From an uncultured Verrucomicrobiae bacterium (GTDB lineage: Bacteria > Verrucomicrobiota > Verrucomicrobiia > Chthoniobacterales > JAFAMB01): a DNA stretch of 64,000 nucleotides. The position numbers and the translations under genes were made by a program. The stretch spans positions 851,500 through 915,499 of the forward strand of contig CAWAIK010000001.1 of the NCBI GenBank assembly GCA_963782115.1, in the 5' to 3' direction. A model generated the notes under the pieces. That model saw only the letters and a list, made by a program, of their open reading frames with translations, did no database searches and was not told where the DNA came from. Below, piece by piece: positions 21,393 through 31,011 of the stretch (positions are counted from its first letter, which is position 1; each line of letters opens with the position of its first letter).

Positions 21393-22054
21393 CGATGCTC
21401 ACCGGCAGCCTGTGACTTTGGAGCAAATTCAATGATCGACGAATCGGTTTCGCGTTCGGAAAGGAGATTGACCACCTCGATTCCGGCCCTTTCCATGTCA
21501 TGGAGAAGAGCATTCAAACGCGCGGAAAGATGGCAATAAGCAAGGATAGTGGGAATCGTCACCACAAGACCTGCCGCAGTGGTTAGCAAACTCTGGTAGA
21601 TCCCACCCGAAACGTCGGCAAGGGTGGCGTACCCATTGTTTGCGGACAATTGAACAAACGCCTGGATCAGTCCGGTGACAGTTCCAAGTAACCCGATCAG
21701 CGGACAGATGTAGCCGATCGCGATGAGCATCCCCAGATTGCGCTCCAGCCGGGGGACCTCCAGTTGCCCGGCTTCCTGGACGATTTCCCGCAGCTCGGTA
21801 TGGGGCAAATGAGGACGTATCAGCGCTGCGTGGATGACCCGGGTCACCGGCACCGAAGTGGCCTGACATTCAACTCGCGCTTCTGCGAGGTTCCGTTTTC
21901 TAACCAGGTTCGATAAGCCTTGCAAAAATTCGTCCAAGTCAATCGTCGCCCGATGAAAATAGAGAAGCCGCTCCGCAAAGACGGCAATGGAAACAACGCT
22001 GCAAAGCAGAATGAGCCACATCAGCGGCCCGCCCTTTTGCATGTAGTCGATCAT
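21389..22054 (-). CDS. exbB: MotA/TolQ/ExbB proton channel protein
   Basis: GGPLMW, PLIGLLGTVTGLI, GIYQSLLTTAAGL. Confidence 0.9.
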   Translation of the reverse strand: MIDYMQKGGPLMWLILLCSVVSIAVFAERLLYFHRATIDLDEFLQGLSNLVRKRNLAEARVECQATSVPVTRVIHAALIRPHLPHTELREIVQEAGQLEVPRLERNLGMLIAIGYICPLIGLLGTVTGLIQAFVQLSANNGYATLADVSGGIYQSLLTTAAGLVVTIPTILAYCHLSARLNALLHDMERAGIEVVNLLSERETDSSIIEFAPKSQAAGEHR

Positions 22055-22234
22055 CCGGAACTAATAGATGAGCTATGGTCTGGCTGCAACAACTTGGGCA
22101 AAATGGGGGATCGACAGATCGATCTTGGGAGCATTGATGGGCAAAAGCAGCCTCAGACGGGAGATGATACCTGAACGAAGGTAACGACGGAGTGTGCGCG
22201 TGTTCACTGCCAAAGAAAGTACGAGACGCGGGCT

Positions 22235-22873
22235 TTACCTCATCGGTTGCCTTCCAGATTCCGAAAAGAGTTGGGTGTTTTCCTTTTTGAACTTGTGAAG
22301 GAGCAGTTGGGTGACCGCGTCAAGTGTCGAAAAGACGTTCATGCCGGTGCTGGCGACGCATTCGAAGCTTTGTACTCGTCTCTTCCGGTTGTTCAACAAG
22401 TACTGAAGGTAGTTTGTCGGAGCCACATTCGAAAGATCGCGCTTGTTGAACTGCAACACGACCGGGACCTGGTCGAGCGACAGGCTTTGCTTTTGGAGAT
22501 TTTGTTCAAGGTTGCGAAAGCTCGCAACGTTTTCTTCCATTTTGTCCCACTGGGAATCGGCGACGAAAATTACACCGTCGACGTTTCGTAAGACAAGTTG
22601 CCGGGTCGAATCGTAGATGACCTGCCCCGGAACCGTGTAGAGCTGGAACTTCGTTCTGTACCCATGAAGCGTCAGAGCGTTCAACGGCAGAAAATCGAAG
22701 AAAAGTGTGCGGTCAGCCGCCGTGGCGAGGGAGACAAGATCGCCTCGGTGTGCAGGAGAAATTCGGGAATGAATATACACCAGGTTGGTTGTTTTCCCGC
22801 CCAGCGCAGGACCATAGTAGACGATCTTGAATTGAATCTCTTTGCCGGCGAAATGGATGATTGGCATTGGCAA
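22235..22873 (-). CDS. mglA: MglA-family small GTPase
   Basis: KIVYYGPALGGKTTNL, DRTLFFD, LYTVPGQV, FVADS, NKRDL. Confidence 0.93.
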   Translation of the reverse strand: MPMPIIHFAGKEIQFKIVYYGPALGGKTTNLVYIHSRISPAHRGDLVSLATAADRTLFFDFLPLNALTLHGYRTKFQLYTVPGQVIYDSTRQLVLRNVDGVIFVADSQWDKMEENVASFRNLEQNLQKQSLSLDQVPVVLQFNKRDLSNVAPTNYLQYLLNNRKRRVQSFECVASTGMNVFSTLDAVTQLLLHKFKKENTQLFSESGRQPMR

Positions 22874-22879
22874 CCTGAA

Positions 22880-24247
22880 TCAAAGCGTTTTTTCCGATGC
22901 GCTGAGGATCGCAAGTTCGCTAATCACCGCCTGGATCTTTTCCCGGACTCCGGGTTTAAACGGCCTGTTGTCATGGAGAACGGTCAGACAAAGATTCCCT
23001 TGAACGAAGGTGCTGAACTGATGAAGGCCGCAATACAAACTGATCGTTTCGAGCGTACCGGCGCGCAACGCTTCCATTTTCGATTGCGTCCGTCGGAATA
23101 GTTCGGGCAACAAAGCGGAGATCGCCTTTTCCTGGCCCGGATCACCAAGATTCCCGGCCAGCATGAGTCCGTCCATAGTGCTCAATACGCAGGATCTAAG
23201 ACCGGGTAACCCTGCGACCCTATGGATGGTCTTCGCCAAGTCGAGCGGCTCATCCGTCATAAAGATGGCCTGCAGCCTTTTCGAATCACTCGCAACGGCG
23301 ACTTTCGAAGGTTCATCCTTCGGTTGCGGCGCCTCGTTTGCGGGTGGAGTCAGCCCGGCAGGAACCTGGCTGAATCGTTCAGCATCTTCTTCCGCATGTG
23401 CGCTGAAGGGGGTTGGAACCGTCGCCTCCGGACGATCGATTTCCTGGTCTTCTCGCAGTTTGATTGCTTCAGCCGGGAGTCGCGAAAAGATTTCCTGCAG
23501 CGGGATCGGGATCTCCGCAGCAGGGTCAATCGCTTCAAAATAAGGCTTCAAATCACTCGGTAACGCCCTGCAAAATGTCTCCCCTGGGACGACGACGCGG
23601 CCATGCGCCAGTTGCGACTGGATCAACTCCAGGGGCAAGGCGATCTCGGCTTGAGTTTCCATGAGGGAGTGGATTGCAGGGGGCTCAAGTTCTGGCGGGA
23701 AACCGGAGAAGATGGGTTCAAGCCGGAGCTTGATCTCTTTTTCACCTCCGACTGGTTCCAATTCCTCCGGTTGGTTAAGAGAAAACGTGACCGGAACATC
23801 GTCTGAACCGTCGACGGCTCGGACGAAAATCTCCGGACACGACAAGCTGAGAATTGACAGAGGGAGTGTCACCTCCTGGGTTTCTTGATTGAGCACCAGA
23901 TCTCCTTCGGCAATCTGGACGGATCGCGCCAAGTCCGGCGGTTTTGGTGCAAGCAAATGACCAGGCAATTTCGCGTAAAAAGCTCCGATCGGAACGGAGA
24001 TGTGCGGCGCCACGCTGATTTCGGTTGCCGGAAGCTCAGATGCGACTACCGGGTTTTGCGGCTCGGACTGGGGATCGGCCGATAGCTGCTCACCCAGCAG
24101 CGTCTCCGGTCCGGTTTCTTGTCGAATATGGGTGACCACCGTTTCCGGGGTGTTCGCCTGTTCCGTGGCGAGTTTGTTAGCGAGGACAGGTTTAGCCTCG
24201 GTTTCAGTTCTCTCAGACTTACTTTTAAACCAATGGAGAAAGGGCAT
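22880..24247 (-). CDS. Protein with duplicated N-terminal domain and C-terminal Roadblock/LC7 (MglB-like) domain
   Basis: C-terminal LPGLRSCVLSTMDGLMLAG Roadblock pattern; directly upstream of mglA. Confidence 0.7.
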   Translation of the reverse strand: MPFLHWFKSKSERTETEAKPVLANKLATEQANTPETVVTHIRQETGPETLLGEQLSADPQSEPQNPVVASELPATEISVAPHISVPIGAFYAKLPGHLLAPKPPDLARSVQIAEGDLVLNQETQEVTLPLSILSLSCPEIFVRAVDGSDDVPVTFSLNQPEELEPVGGEKEIKLRLEPIFSGFPPELEPPAIHSLMETQAEIALPLELIQSQLAHGRVVVPGETFCRALPSDLKPYFEAIDPAAEIPIPLQEIFSRLPAEAIKLREDQEIDRPEATVPTPFSAHAEEDAERFSQVPAGLTPPANEAPQPKDEPSKVAVASDSKRLQAIFMTDEPLDLAKTIHRVAGLPGLRSCVLSTMDGLMLAGNLGDPGQEKAISALLPELFRRTQSKMEALRAGTLETISLYCGLHQFSTFVQGNLCLTVLHDNRPFKPGVREKIQAVISELAILSASEKTL

Positions 24248-24325
24248 ATCCTTGCGCGTTTTGTGTTGTTTTCCTTCGCCGGAACGTCGGTTCTGCGGGA
24301 ATTCAAATCTAGTTGGCTATGATCG

Positions 24326-25087
24326 CTAAAACAACGGAGAGACGTAAAGATGGAGAACATTCACCAGGCCGTCACGGTAATACCAAGTTTTATCAAGATA
24401 AAAGCTCCGATTCGATGCGCGATAAGTCAGGTGTACAAGCTTGCCCGGTTGATTGGCGTCGTACACCTCAAAAACGAGGTCGCCATTCTGTGCGGCAGTA
24501 TAGTGATAGGCGATCAGGCAATGATTAATCGGTCTGAAACGGGTGATATAGACGCCCCGGATTCGGTGATGGTCGAGTTGGTTTCGCAACCATTGTGCGA
24601 TATGCTCCTGCCCCGAACGCGGCACCGGAAGAACAATCCGCCAATTACCCAATCTCCAGTAAGCCGGCCACCAAAGACCGAGATTCTTTTGCAACACGAT
24701 GGTCTGGCCGAGAGAAAAACTGTGCAAATCCTGGTAGCCTGGAACCACCACTTTAGCCCTCGGGCCGGAGCTCCAAGCGGGAATCCTGCTTACTCTTCGG
24801 ACGATCTTCTGGTAGTCCGACTCAGAAACCCTCGGGAGATCCGGACGAAATTCCGCGAATTGAAAAAACTGGAGAACAGCCCGGCACATCTGGAAGCAGT
24901 GCCGCGAAAAATCGGGTGGAGGTCCGTGTCTTCGGCTGATCTGTGTCTGGTTGTCCGCTACTGGCTTGTAGTCGAAGTAGGTCTGATTCGCAAAGCCGAA
25001 CGTGTCCATTTGGAAATCAAACGATTTGCACCAGGCCGTGGTGCTCCAGACAGCCAACACGCATGCGAACACAAATAGACGGTACAC
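24326..25087 (-). CDS. Secreted hypothetical protein, possible papain-fold Cys-His-Asp hydrolase
   Basis: Signal peptide; DTFGFAN, HCFQM, NHCLIAY, VYDANQPG. Confidence 0.6.
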   Translation of the reverse strand: MYRLFVFACVLAVWSTTAWCKSFDFQMDTFGFANQTYFDYKPVADNQTQISRRHGPPPDFSRHCFQMCRAVLQFFQFAEFRPDLPRVSESDYQKIVRRVSRIPAWSSGPRAKVVVPGYQDLHSFSLGQTIVLQKNLGLWWPAYWRLGNWRIVLPVPRSGQEHIAQWLRNQLDHHRIRGVYITRFRPINHCLIAYHYTAAQNGDLVFEVYDANQPGKLVHLTYRASNRSFYLDKTWYYRDGLVNVLHLYVSPLF

Positions 25088-25091
25088 TGAC

Positions 25092-26498
25092 TCAATACTG
25101 CTTTCGAAGGTTGCTTGGCAGGATGTTCAGCTCTGCCCGGTACTTGGCAACCGTTCGTCGGGCGATCGGTATACCGCGGTCGGAAAGAATCTCCACAATT
25201 TCTTTGTCGCTCAGCGGGTTTCGAGTCTCCTCATTGCGGACGAGTTCCGAGATCGCTTCCTTCACGCTCGTATTGCTTAGGGACGCGCCGCCCGTAGTCT
25301 GATAGCCCGGTGTAAAAAAATACTTCATTTCGAACACCCCTTGGGGTGTCGCCATATACTTCCCCGAGATCGCGCGGCTGACCGTCGTCTCATGAACTCC
25401 GACCGTCTCGGCAATCTGGGCCATCGTCATCGGCTTGAGGAACGCCGTTCCGTTCTCCAGGAATTCATGCTGCCGTTTCACAATTTCATTCGCGATATTC
25501 AAGATTGTCTGTTGCCGTTGGTGAATACTCTTGATCAGGAATTTTCCGCTTCGAATTTTTTCTCTGATATAATCCCGGACGTCCGTTCCGTTCGTTCCCT
25601 GCGTCATCAGGTCTTTGTAGGTCTTGCTGATACGCAAATGTGGAATTTGGTCTCCATTCAGCGACACCGCGTAATCGTCGCCCACCTTGTCGACGCTGAC
25701 GTCGGGCAGCACGTAGCTGTTTGGGTCCGGAGTAAAAATCTGGCCAGGCTTGGGGTCGAGAGTTGAAATGAAGTTGGCGGCCCTTTGCACCTGGTCGACG
25801 GTCACGCCGAGCCGGCGAGCGACTTCCGGCAGTCGCTTGCGCCCGAGATCTTCGAGGTGCTGTTCCACAATCTGGTATTCGAGACTCCCTTCCTTTCCCA
25901 GACGACGCAGCTGAATCAACAAACACTCTCGCAGATCCCGGGCCCCTACGCCGACAGGATGAAACGTCTGAATGAGGTTGAGCATTTCCTGCAGCTCTTC
26001 CAGGGGGTGCCCCGTGTTGTTCGAAATCTCCTCCAGTGAAGTCTGCAGAAACCCGAGATCGTCAATGTTGCCGATGATCAATTCCGCTGCTTTCCGTTGC
26101 AATTCGGCCACGTCGGACGTGTTCAACTGCTCCCAGAGATGCTGTTGCAATGTCTCCTGCGTGGCAATCGAGTCGAAGAAAAATTGTCGTCGTTCCTCGT
26201 CCTCCAGATTTCTGGACGAGTAGCTGACATTCTGAGTCATGTAGTCCCGCCATTCCTCGTCCAGCTTTACCAACCGCTCGAACTCCTCTTGGAAGTCGCT
26301 GTCGTCCTTGGACCGTTCCTCGGCCTCGAACGTGTCAATTTCTTCTTCGAGGACAGGATTTGTTTGCAGCTCCTGCTGAACGATATTCCTGAGTTCCAGC
26401 GCTGGCGCCTGCAAAATCTGCAGGCTCTGTTGCAGCTGGGGCGCGAGCACCTGCTGCATTGTTAGATTTTGGAACTGATGGATCCCCGGCCCGGCCAT
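25092..26498 (-). CDS. rpoN: RNA polymerase sigma-54 factor
   Basis: Gln-rich region I, PVGVGARDLRECL, HETTVSRA, RpoN box ARRTVAKYR. Confidence 0.97.
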   Translation of the reverse strand: MAGPGIHQFQNLTMQQVLAPQLQQSLQILQAPALELRNIVQQELQTNPVLEEEIDTFEAEERSKDDSDFQEEFERLVKLDEEWRDYMTQNVSYSSRNLEDEERRQFFFDSIATQETLQQHLWEQLNTSDVAELQRKAAELIIGNIDDLGFLQTSLEEISNNTGHPLEELQEMLNLIQTFHPVGVGARDLRECLLIQLRRLGKEGSLEYQIVEQHLEDLGRKRLPEVARRLGVTVDQVQRAANFISTLDPKPGQIFTPDPNSYVLPDVSVDKVGDDYAVSLNGDQIPHLRISKTYKDLMTQGTNGTDVRDYIREKIRSGKFLIKSIHQRQQTILNIANEIVKRQHEFLENGTAFLKPMTMAQIAETVGVHETTVSRAISGKYMATPQGVFEMKYFFTPGYQTTGGASLSNTSVKEAISELVRNEETRNPLSDKEIVEILSDRGIPIARRTVAKYRAELNILPSNLRKQY

Positions 26499-26645
26499 AC
26501 GGAATTTTGTTATCTCTTCGAAACGTGACTCTAGAAGAGCAGCGATCGAACTTCAAGGAGGCAGAATAAAGGAACAGAAGGCTCAGCGTCCGTCCATACG
26601 CAACGCTCCCGACTTCTATGGCGCGGACACCGAGCTTCTGTTTCT

Positions 26646-28016
26646 TTATGCTCGGTGATGTTTCAAATCCAGTTTTCGGTAGAGTGTCGCAATGCTGATC
26701 CCGAGCATGCTGGCTGTCTTTTCTCGCGAACCTTGATTGAACTTGAGCGTCATCTCGATGTACTTCCGCTCCTGGTTGCGGACAAAGTCGTCAAGCGGCT
26801 GGCCGACTCTCCATTCGGAATCCGGCGCCTTTTCAAGTGCTCCCGATTCGTGGAGCACGTGAGGTGGTAGATCCGCAGCGCGAATCACTCCTCCATCACT
26901 CAGCGCACATGCTCGTTCGATTGCATTCTCGAGTTCGCGGACGTTCCCGGGCCAAGTGTACCGAACCAGGCGCTCCATAGCGTTGGCGTCCATCCTTTTC
27001 TTTTCGGTTCCCGTGTGCGCCGCATGCTTCTGCAAAAAACAATCGACCAGCAGCGGAACATCTTCCATGCGTTCCCGGAGCGGTGGAATTTCGATCGGAA
27101 TCACGGCGAGTCGAAAGTAGAGATCTTCACGGAATCCGCCGGCGCGCATTTTTGCCTTCAGCGATTCGTTGGAAGCGGCGATCAACCGGACGTTGATCGG
27201 GATTTGTTTGCTATCGCCTATCTGCCGGATATGACGGTCCTGTAACACCCGCAGAAGCTTGGTTTGCAGCTGCTGAGATATCGAATTGATTTCATCGAGA
27301 AAGAGGGTGCCGTGGTTGCCTTCTTCGAACAGGCCGATTTTGTCCACGACCGCACCTGTAAAAGAGCCTTTCTTATGACCGAACAACTCCGACTCAAGCA
27401 GGTTGTCGGGAAGCGCGCTGCAATTGATTGCGACGAACGGATGATGTTGTCGTGAGCTGTTGTCATGGAGTGCGCGGGCGACCAATTCTTTCCCGGTTCC
27501 GGATTCGCCTTGGATCAGGATGGTACTCTCCGTGTCGGCGACTTTTCCGATCAACCGATAAATCGTCTGCATCTTGGTGCTGGTGCCGATGAGATTCTCA
27601 AACTTATACTGGTCGCCGGCGCCGCGTCTAAGAATATCGTTTCGCTGGGGCGCTGTCTGATGATCCAGAGCTCGCTGCATGCAGAAATGCAGTTCATCGA
27701 CTTTAAGAGGCCTCGTGATGTAATCAAAAGCCCCAAATTGCATTGCCTTCAGTGCCAGTTCGGCAGAGGGAAACGCGGCGATCATCACCACGACGGCGTG
27801 AGGATGGTTTTCTTTGCACTCCCGCAGAATATCGAATCCGTCGGTTGTCTCGGTTTTCAGGTCAGCGATAACCAAGTGTGGAGCGACATTGGACAAGGCA
27901 TCGAGAGCCGCCTCGGAAGAATTATAATGAAAAGCTTGATGCCCACGATCACGGCAAAAACTGGAAACCCATTCGACCGTTTCGAGATCATCATCGACAA
28001 TAAAAATACGGGCCAT
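26646..28016 (-). CDS. Sigma54-dependent response regulator (REC-AAA-Fis HTH, NtrC/AtoC family)
   Basis: IVDDD, GESGTGKE, ESELFGH..GSFTGA, FREDLYFRL, WPGNVREL, TLYRKL. Confidence 0.95.
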   Translation of the reverse strand: MARIFIVDDDLETVEWVSSFCRDRGHQAFHYNSSEAALDALSNVAPHLVIADLKTETTDGFDILRECKENHPHAVVVMIAAFPSAELALKAMQFGAFDYITRPLKVDELHFCMQRALDHQTAPQRNDILRRGAGDQYKFENLIGTSTKMQTIYRLIGKVADTESTILIQGESGTGKELVARALHDNSSRQHHPFVAINCSALPDNLLESELFGHKKGSFTGAVVDKIGLFEEGNHGTLFLDEINSISQQLQTKLLRVLQDRHIRQIGDSKQIPINVRLIAASNESLKAKMRAGGFREDLYFRLAVIPIEIPPLRERMEDVPLLVDCFLQKHAAHTGTEKKRMDANAMERLVRYTWPGNVRELENAIERACALSDGGVIRAADLPPHVLHESGALEKAPDSEWRVGQPLDDFVRNQERKYIEMTLKFNQGSREKTASMLGISIATLYRKLDLKHHRA

Positions 28017-28151
28017 AAGAAAATGATATGAGAATTTTGCAGATTATGATAATTATTTGTGAATTACCAGAAATTTCATATGCCGTTCGCAAATTTTTTT
28101 AATTGATTCTCACGAATGCGATATCAAGCCCGCCCTAAACGCGAGATCGGC

Positions 28152-28214
28152 GGGTAGTTGAAGCGTCCGCTTTGCTTGCTTTTTGGGGCGACCGCAAACA
28201 GGTGCTACACTGCC
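28152..28214. repeat. GTAG-type REP-like palindrome (copy 2)
   Basis: GGGTAGTTGAAGCGTCCGCTTTGCTT...GCAAACAGGTGCTACACTGCC, similar to 3591-3678. Confidence 0.5.
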
Positions 28215-28237
28215 TTTAGGCGCACGACACGCCTCTG

Positions 28238-30379
28238 CTAATGCGCTTCGTCGCCTTCGCCCGAAGCATCCTCCTTATCGGAACCGCGTTCAGAACTATT
28301 GGCGACGGCTTCAGGAGGGCAGCCGACCTTGATCAGGCCATAGGTCAGCAGCGCTTTGCTGTCTTCCCAGATTCCGGGCTTGTTGGTGTGCAATACGACG
28401 GAGATCACTTCATGCCCTTCCCTGAGAGCGGAACTCACCAATACCTGCTGGGCGGCGCGGGTGTAGCCGGTCTTGAGCCCGTTGCATCCGGCAAAGTGCC
28501 GAAGGAGGCGATTATGATTTCGCAGCTGGTAGACAACGCCTTTTGGCGACTTCCAGGTGTAGTAAATCGTTCCGACCACCTGGCGGAAAAACGGTTGCTC
28601 CATCGCCGCTCGCGCAATGAGCGCCAAATCATGAGCTGTGGTGTAATGGCTGGGATCGTGTAGCCCGTTGGGATTCGCAAAATGGCTGTTTGTTGCACCC
28701 AGTTCTGCCGCTCGACGATTCATCTTTTCAGCAAAGGCGTCGATCGAGCCGGCGTTGTCCCGAGCCAGCGCCATGGCCACATCATTGGCGCTCTTCAGCA
28801 TCAGGCCATAAATGAGCTGGCGGCGCGTGTACTGCTCTCCGGGTGTCAGGTCCAGCTTGGTCGGTTCAACTTTGGTGTCGGATATATCAACCATGACGGG
28901 CTTATCGAGATCCCCGGCTTCGATTACCAACAAGGCGGTTAAAATTTTTGTCGCGCTCGCTGGATATTGAATGGCGTTTTCGTTCTTGAGGAACAGAAAA
29001 TCGCCGGTAAACGAATCAATCACGGCGGCACTTTCAGCGAACACCACAGGTCCGGTTTCTTCGGGTAACTTTTCGGCGGGCGGCGTCTCTCCATCTTTTG
29101 CGGGGGCGCCGGTAACCGGCGCCACGAGCAGGAACAGGCCGATCAAAATGGTGACCAACTTCAAAACTTGTCCATTTACCATCATCCATTTGATCGTTCC
29201 TCTGTTTTGAATAATCGCTTCGAACACATCACCGGTAGAGCCTTTAAAGGGAATTGCGATGGAATCGGCAAGGTAGTCCGGAGCGATCCTGCCCAGCTCG
29301 CGCTCGAGCTTCAAAGCGCGTGCGGGTCGGATGGTAACCATTTCAAGCAGGTTTCGGGCGCTGAGCGTCTGATAAATCTTTTTCGCGGTACGCATCTCTG
29401 AAAACAGGTTGAGCGAGTCATTGCTTGCCAAGCTGTCCGTGCCGAGAGAGATATTCAGCCCGCGTTCCATCAGCGCTTCGAGCGGAAAGCGTTTGTGGTG
29501 CAGGAAACGGTGGCTCTTCGGGCAGTGCACGATTTGCAAGTTTCGCCATTCGGTTCGGCTCAGGATTTCAAGATCACGATCGTCCAGCTCGTTGAGATGT
29601 GCTACGATACATTCTGGGCCAATCAATCCATTTTCAATCAGATGCCGCAAAGGAGAAGTCGATCCACAATCGGTCATCGGTCGGCCCAGTTCCTTTAGGA
29701 AATCGTGAAGCTCCCCCGAACTCTCGGCGAACATGGCGTATTCTTCACGCGATTCGGCTACATGGGTCGTGATGAGCAGGTTCAGGGACCTTGAGCATTC
29801 GAGCGCGACCTCATACATTTTCGCGGATGCAGTATAGGGCGCGTGCGGACTCAGTCCCAGGCCGCCAAGCCGGCCGCCGTTTCCGGAAAGGAACAGCCAC
29901 GATCCAAAAGCATGTTCTTCGATCCAAGGCCTGGGCCGCACGTCGATGAGCTCCAGAAAGAACCAGGCGCGGATCGAGGGCGGGGCAAGCAGTGGAAAGA
30001 TTTGAGGAGTAGAAACAATATTTAAAACTGTGGTGATGCCGTTTCTACGGAGTTCTTCAAAGCCAAGCTGTGTGGCGCGCAAATAGTCGCTATCGGTAAG
30101 GGATCTCTTGAGTGCATTGATTCGTTTGACCCAGCGGGAAAAACTCTGCGCGGGCAGAATCGCTCCACGCATCAGCGTGTAATCAAGGTGGCAATGTGCA
30201 TTGATTATACCGGGCATCACCGCGACTTCGCCCAGGTCCACTACCTCTCCTACGTGATCCTTCAGAATTTCGGGAGCTTTGCCAGTCCGCGCAAAGCGCG
30301 GCCCGTCAACCACAAACACACCGTTATCGATCGGTATGCCATCCATCGTGACCAGCGTGCGGCATCGATAAGCAATCAT
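28238..30379 (-). CDS. Metal-dependent amidohydrolase fused in-frame through a hydrophobic helix to a D-Ala-D-Ala carboxypeptidase (S11)
   Basis: NAHCHLD, SPHAPY, HVAES, GTDS; then LVTILIGLFLLVAPVTGA; then SATK, SAN, KTG. Start at 30379 overlaps the upstream TGA. Confidence 0.85.
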   Translation of the reverse strand: MIAYRCRTLVTMDGIPIDNGVFVVDGPRFARTGKAPEILKDHVGEVVDLGEVAVMPGIINAHCHLDYTLMRGAILPAQSFSRWVKRINALKRSLTDSDYLRATQLGFEELRRNGITTVLNIVSTPQIFPLLAPPSIRAWFFLELIDVRPRPWIEEHAFGSWLFLSGNGGRLGGLGLSPHAPYTASAKMYEVALECSRSLNLLITTHVAESREEYAMFAESSGELHDFLKELGRPMTDCGSTSPLRHLIENGLIGPECIVAHLNELDDRDLEILSRTEWRNLQIVHCPKSHRFLHHKRFPLEALMERGLNISLGTDSLASNDSLNLFSEMRTAKKIYQTLSARNLLEMVTIRPARALKLERELGRIAPDYLADSIAIPFKGSTGDVFEAIIQNRGTIKWMMVNGQVLKLVTILIGLFLLVAPVTGAPAKDGETPPAEKLPEETGPVVFAESAAVIDSFTGDFLFLKNENAIQYPASATKILTALLVIEAGDLDKPVMVDISDTKVEPTKLDLTPGEQYTRRQLIYGLMLKSANDVAMALARDNAGSIDAFAEKMNRRAAELGATNSHFANPNGLHDPSHYTTAHDLALIARAAMEQPFFRQVVGTIYYTWKSPKGVVYQLRNHNRLLRHFAGCNGLKTGYTRAAQQVLVSSALREGHEVISVVLHTNKPGIWEDSKALLTYGLIKVGCPPEAVANSSERGSDKEDASGEGDEAH

Positions 30380-31011
30380 CGAGACGACTTTTTCATGGCG
30401 GTTCTTGCTGCTGCCACTAACAGGTTGCAAGCCTCCAGGCAGAGGAACGGCAGCGCCGCACGTTTCTCGCCGGTTTGGTCAACGGTGGGGTCAGACTTCG
30501 AACTTGGAAGGAAGTCTGGTGGTCGATTATCCTCAATTCCCCACAAGATAGTCCTCAGGCATCGGCTGTCTGAACGGCACGCTTCCTTTACAAGATTTTG
30601 CGCCTGGTCATCGGTTAGCTTGCGGGTCACTCGATACATTCCGGTTTGCCGATTCAGCGTTTGCCGTAAACAGATCGGATGCGCTGTTCCGGCCTGGTGG
30701 GCCAACCAGGTGGCGATGGCGCCGGGATAAAAGAAATCGAGCGCCCTTTTCAGGTCGTCGATATTTGTCAATTCGATGAGCCAGCCCCTGGGTAAATTGG
30801 GCGCCCCTTTCAAAGGGCGGTAAGCACCGGACGAATCGTATTTTGCAATTTGCCGGGCATCCTCAATCGAGTGGGAAACCCGCGCCTCATGCAAAGAATT
30901 CCGGTCTGCCCAATGGTAGAGAAAGTATCCGTTGGAAGATTCTGCAAATTCGAGTTCTCCAAGAGCGTTATAACCGTCCTTGATTAAACGTGCTAATTCA
31001 TCCCTGATCAT
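30376..31011 (-). CDS. DR2241-family putative 4Fe-4S protein
   Basis: GAYRPLKGAPNLPRGW, DFFYPGA, LNRQTGMYR, C..CLRTILW, CLEACN. Confidence 0.8.
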   Translation of the reverse strand: MIRDELARLIKDGYNALGELEFAESSNGYFLYHWADRNSLHEARVSHSIEDARQIAKYDSSGAYRPLKGAPNLPRGWLIELTNIDDLKRALDFFYPGAIATWLAHQAGTAHPICLRQTLNRQTGMYRVTRKLTDDQAQNLVKEACRSDSRCLRTILWGIEDNRPPDFLPSSKSDPTVDQTGEKRAALPFLCLEACNLLVAAARTAMKKSSR

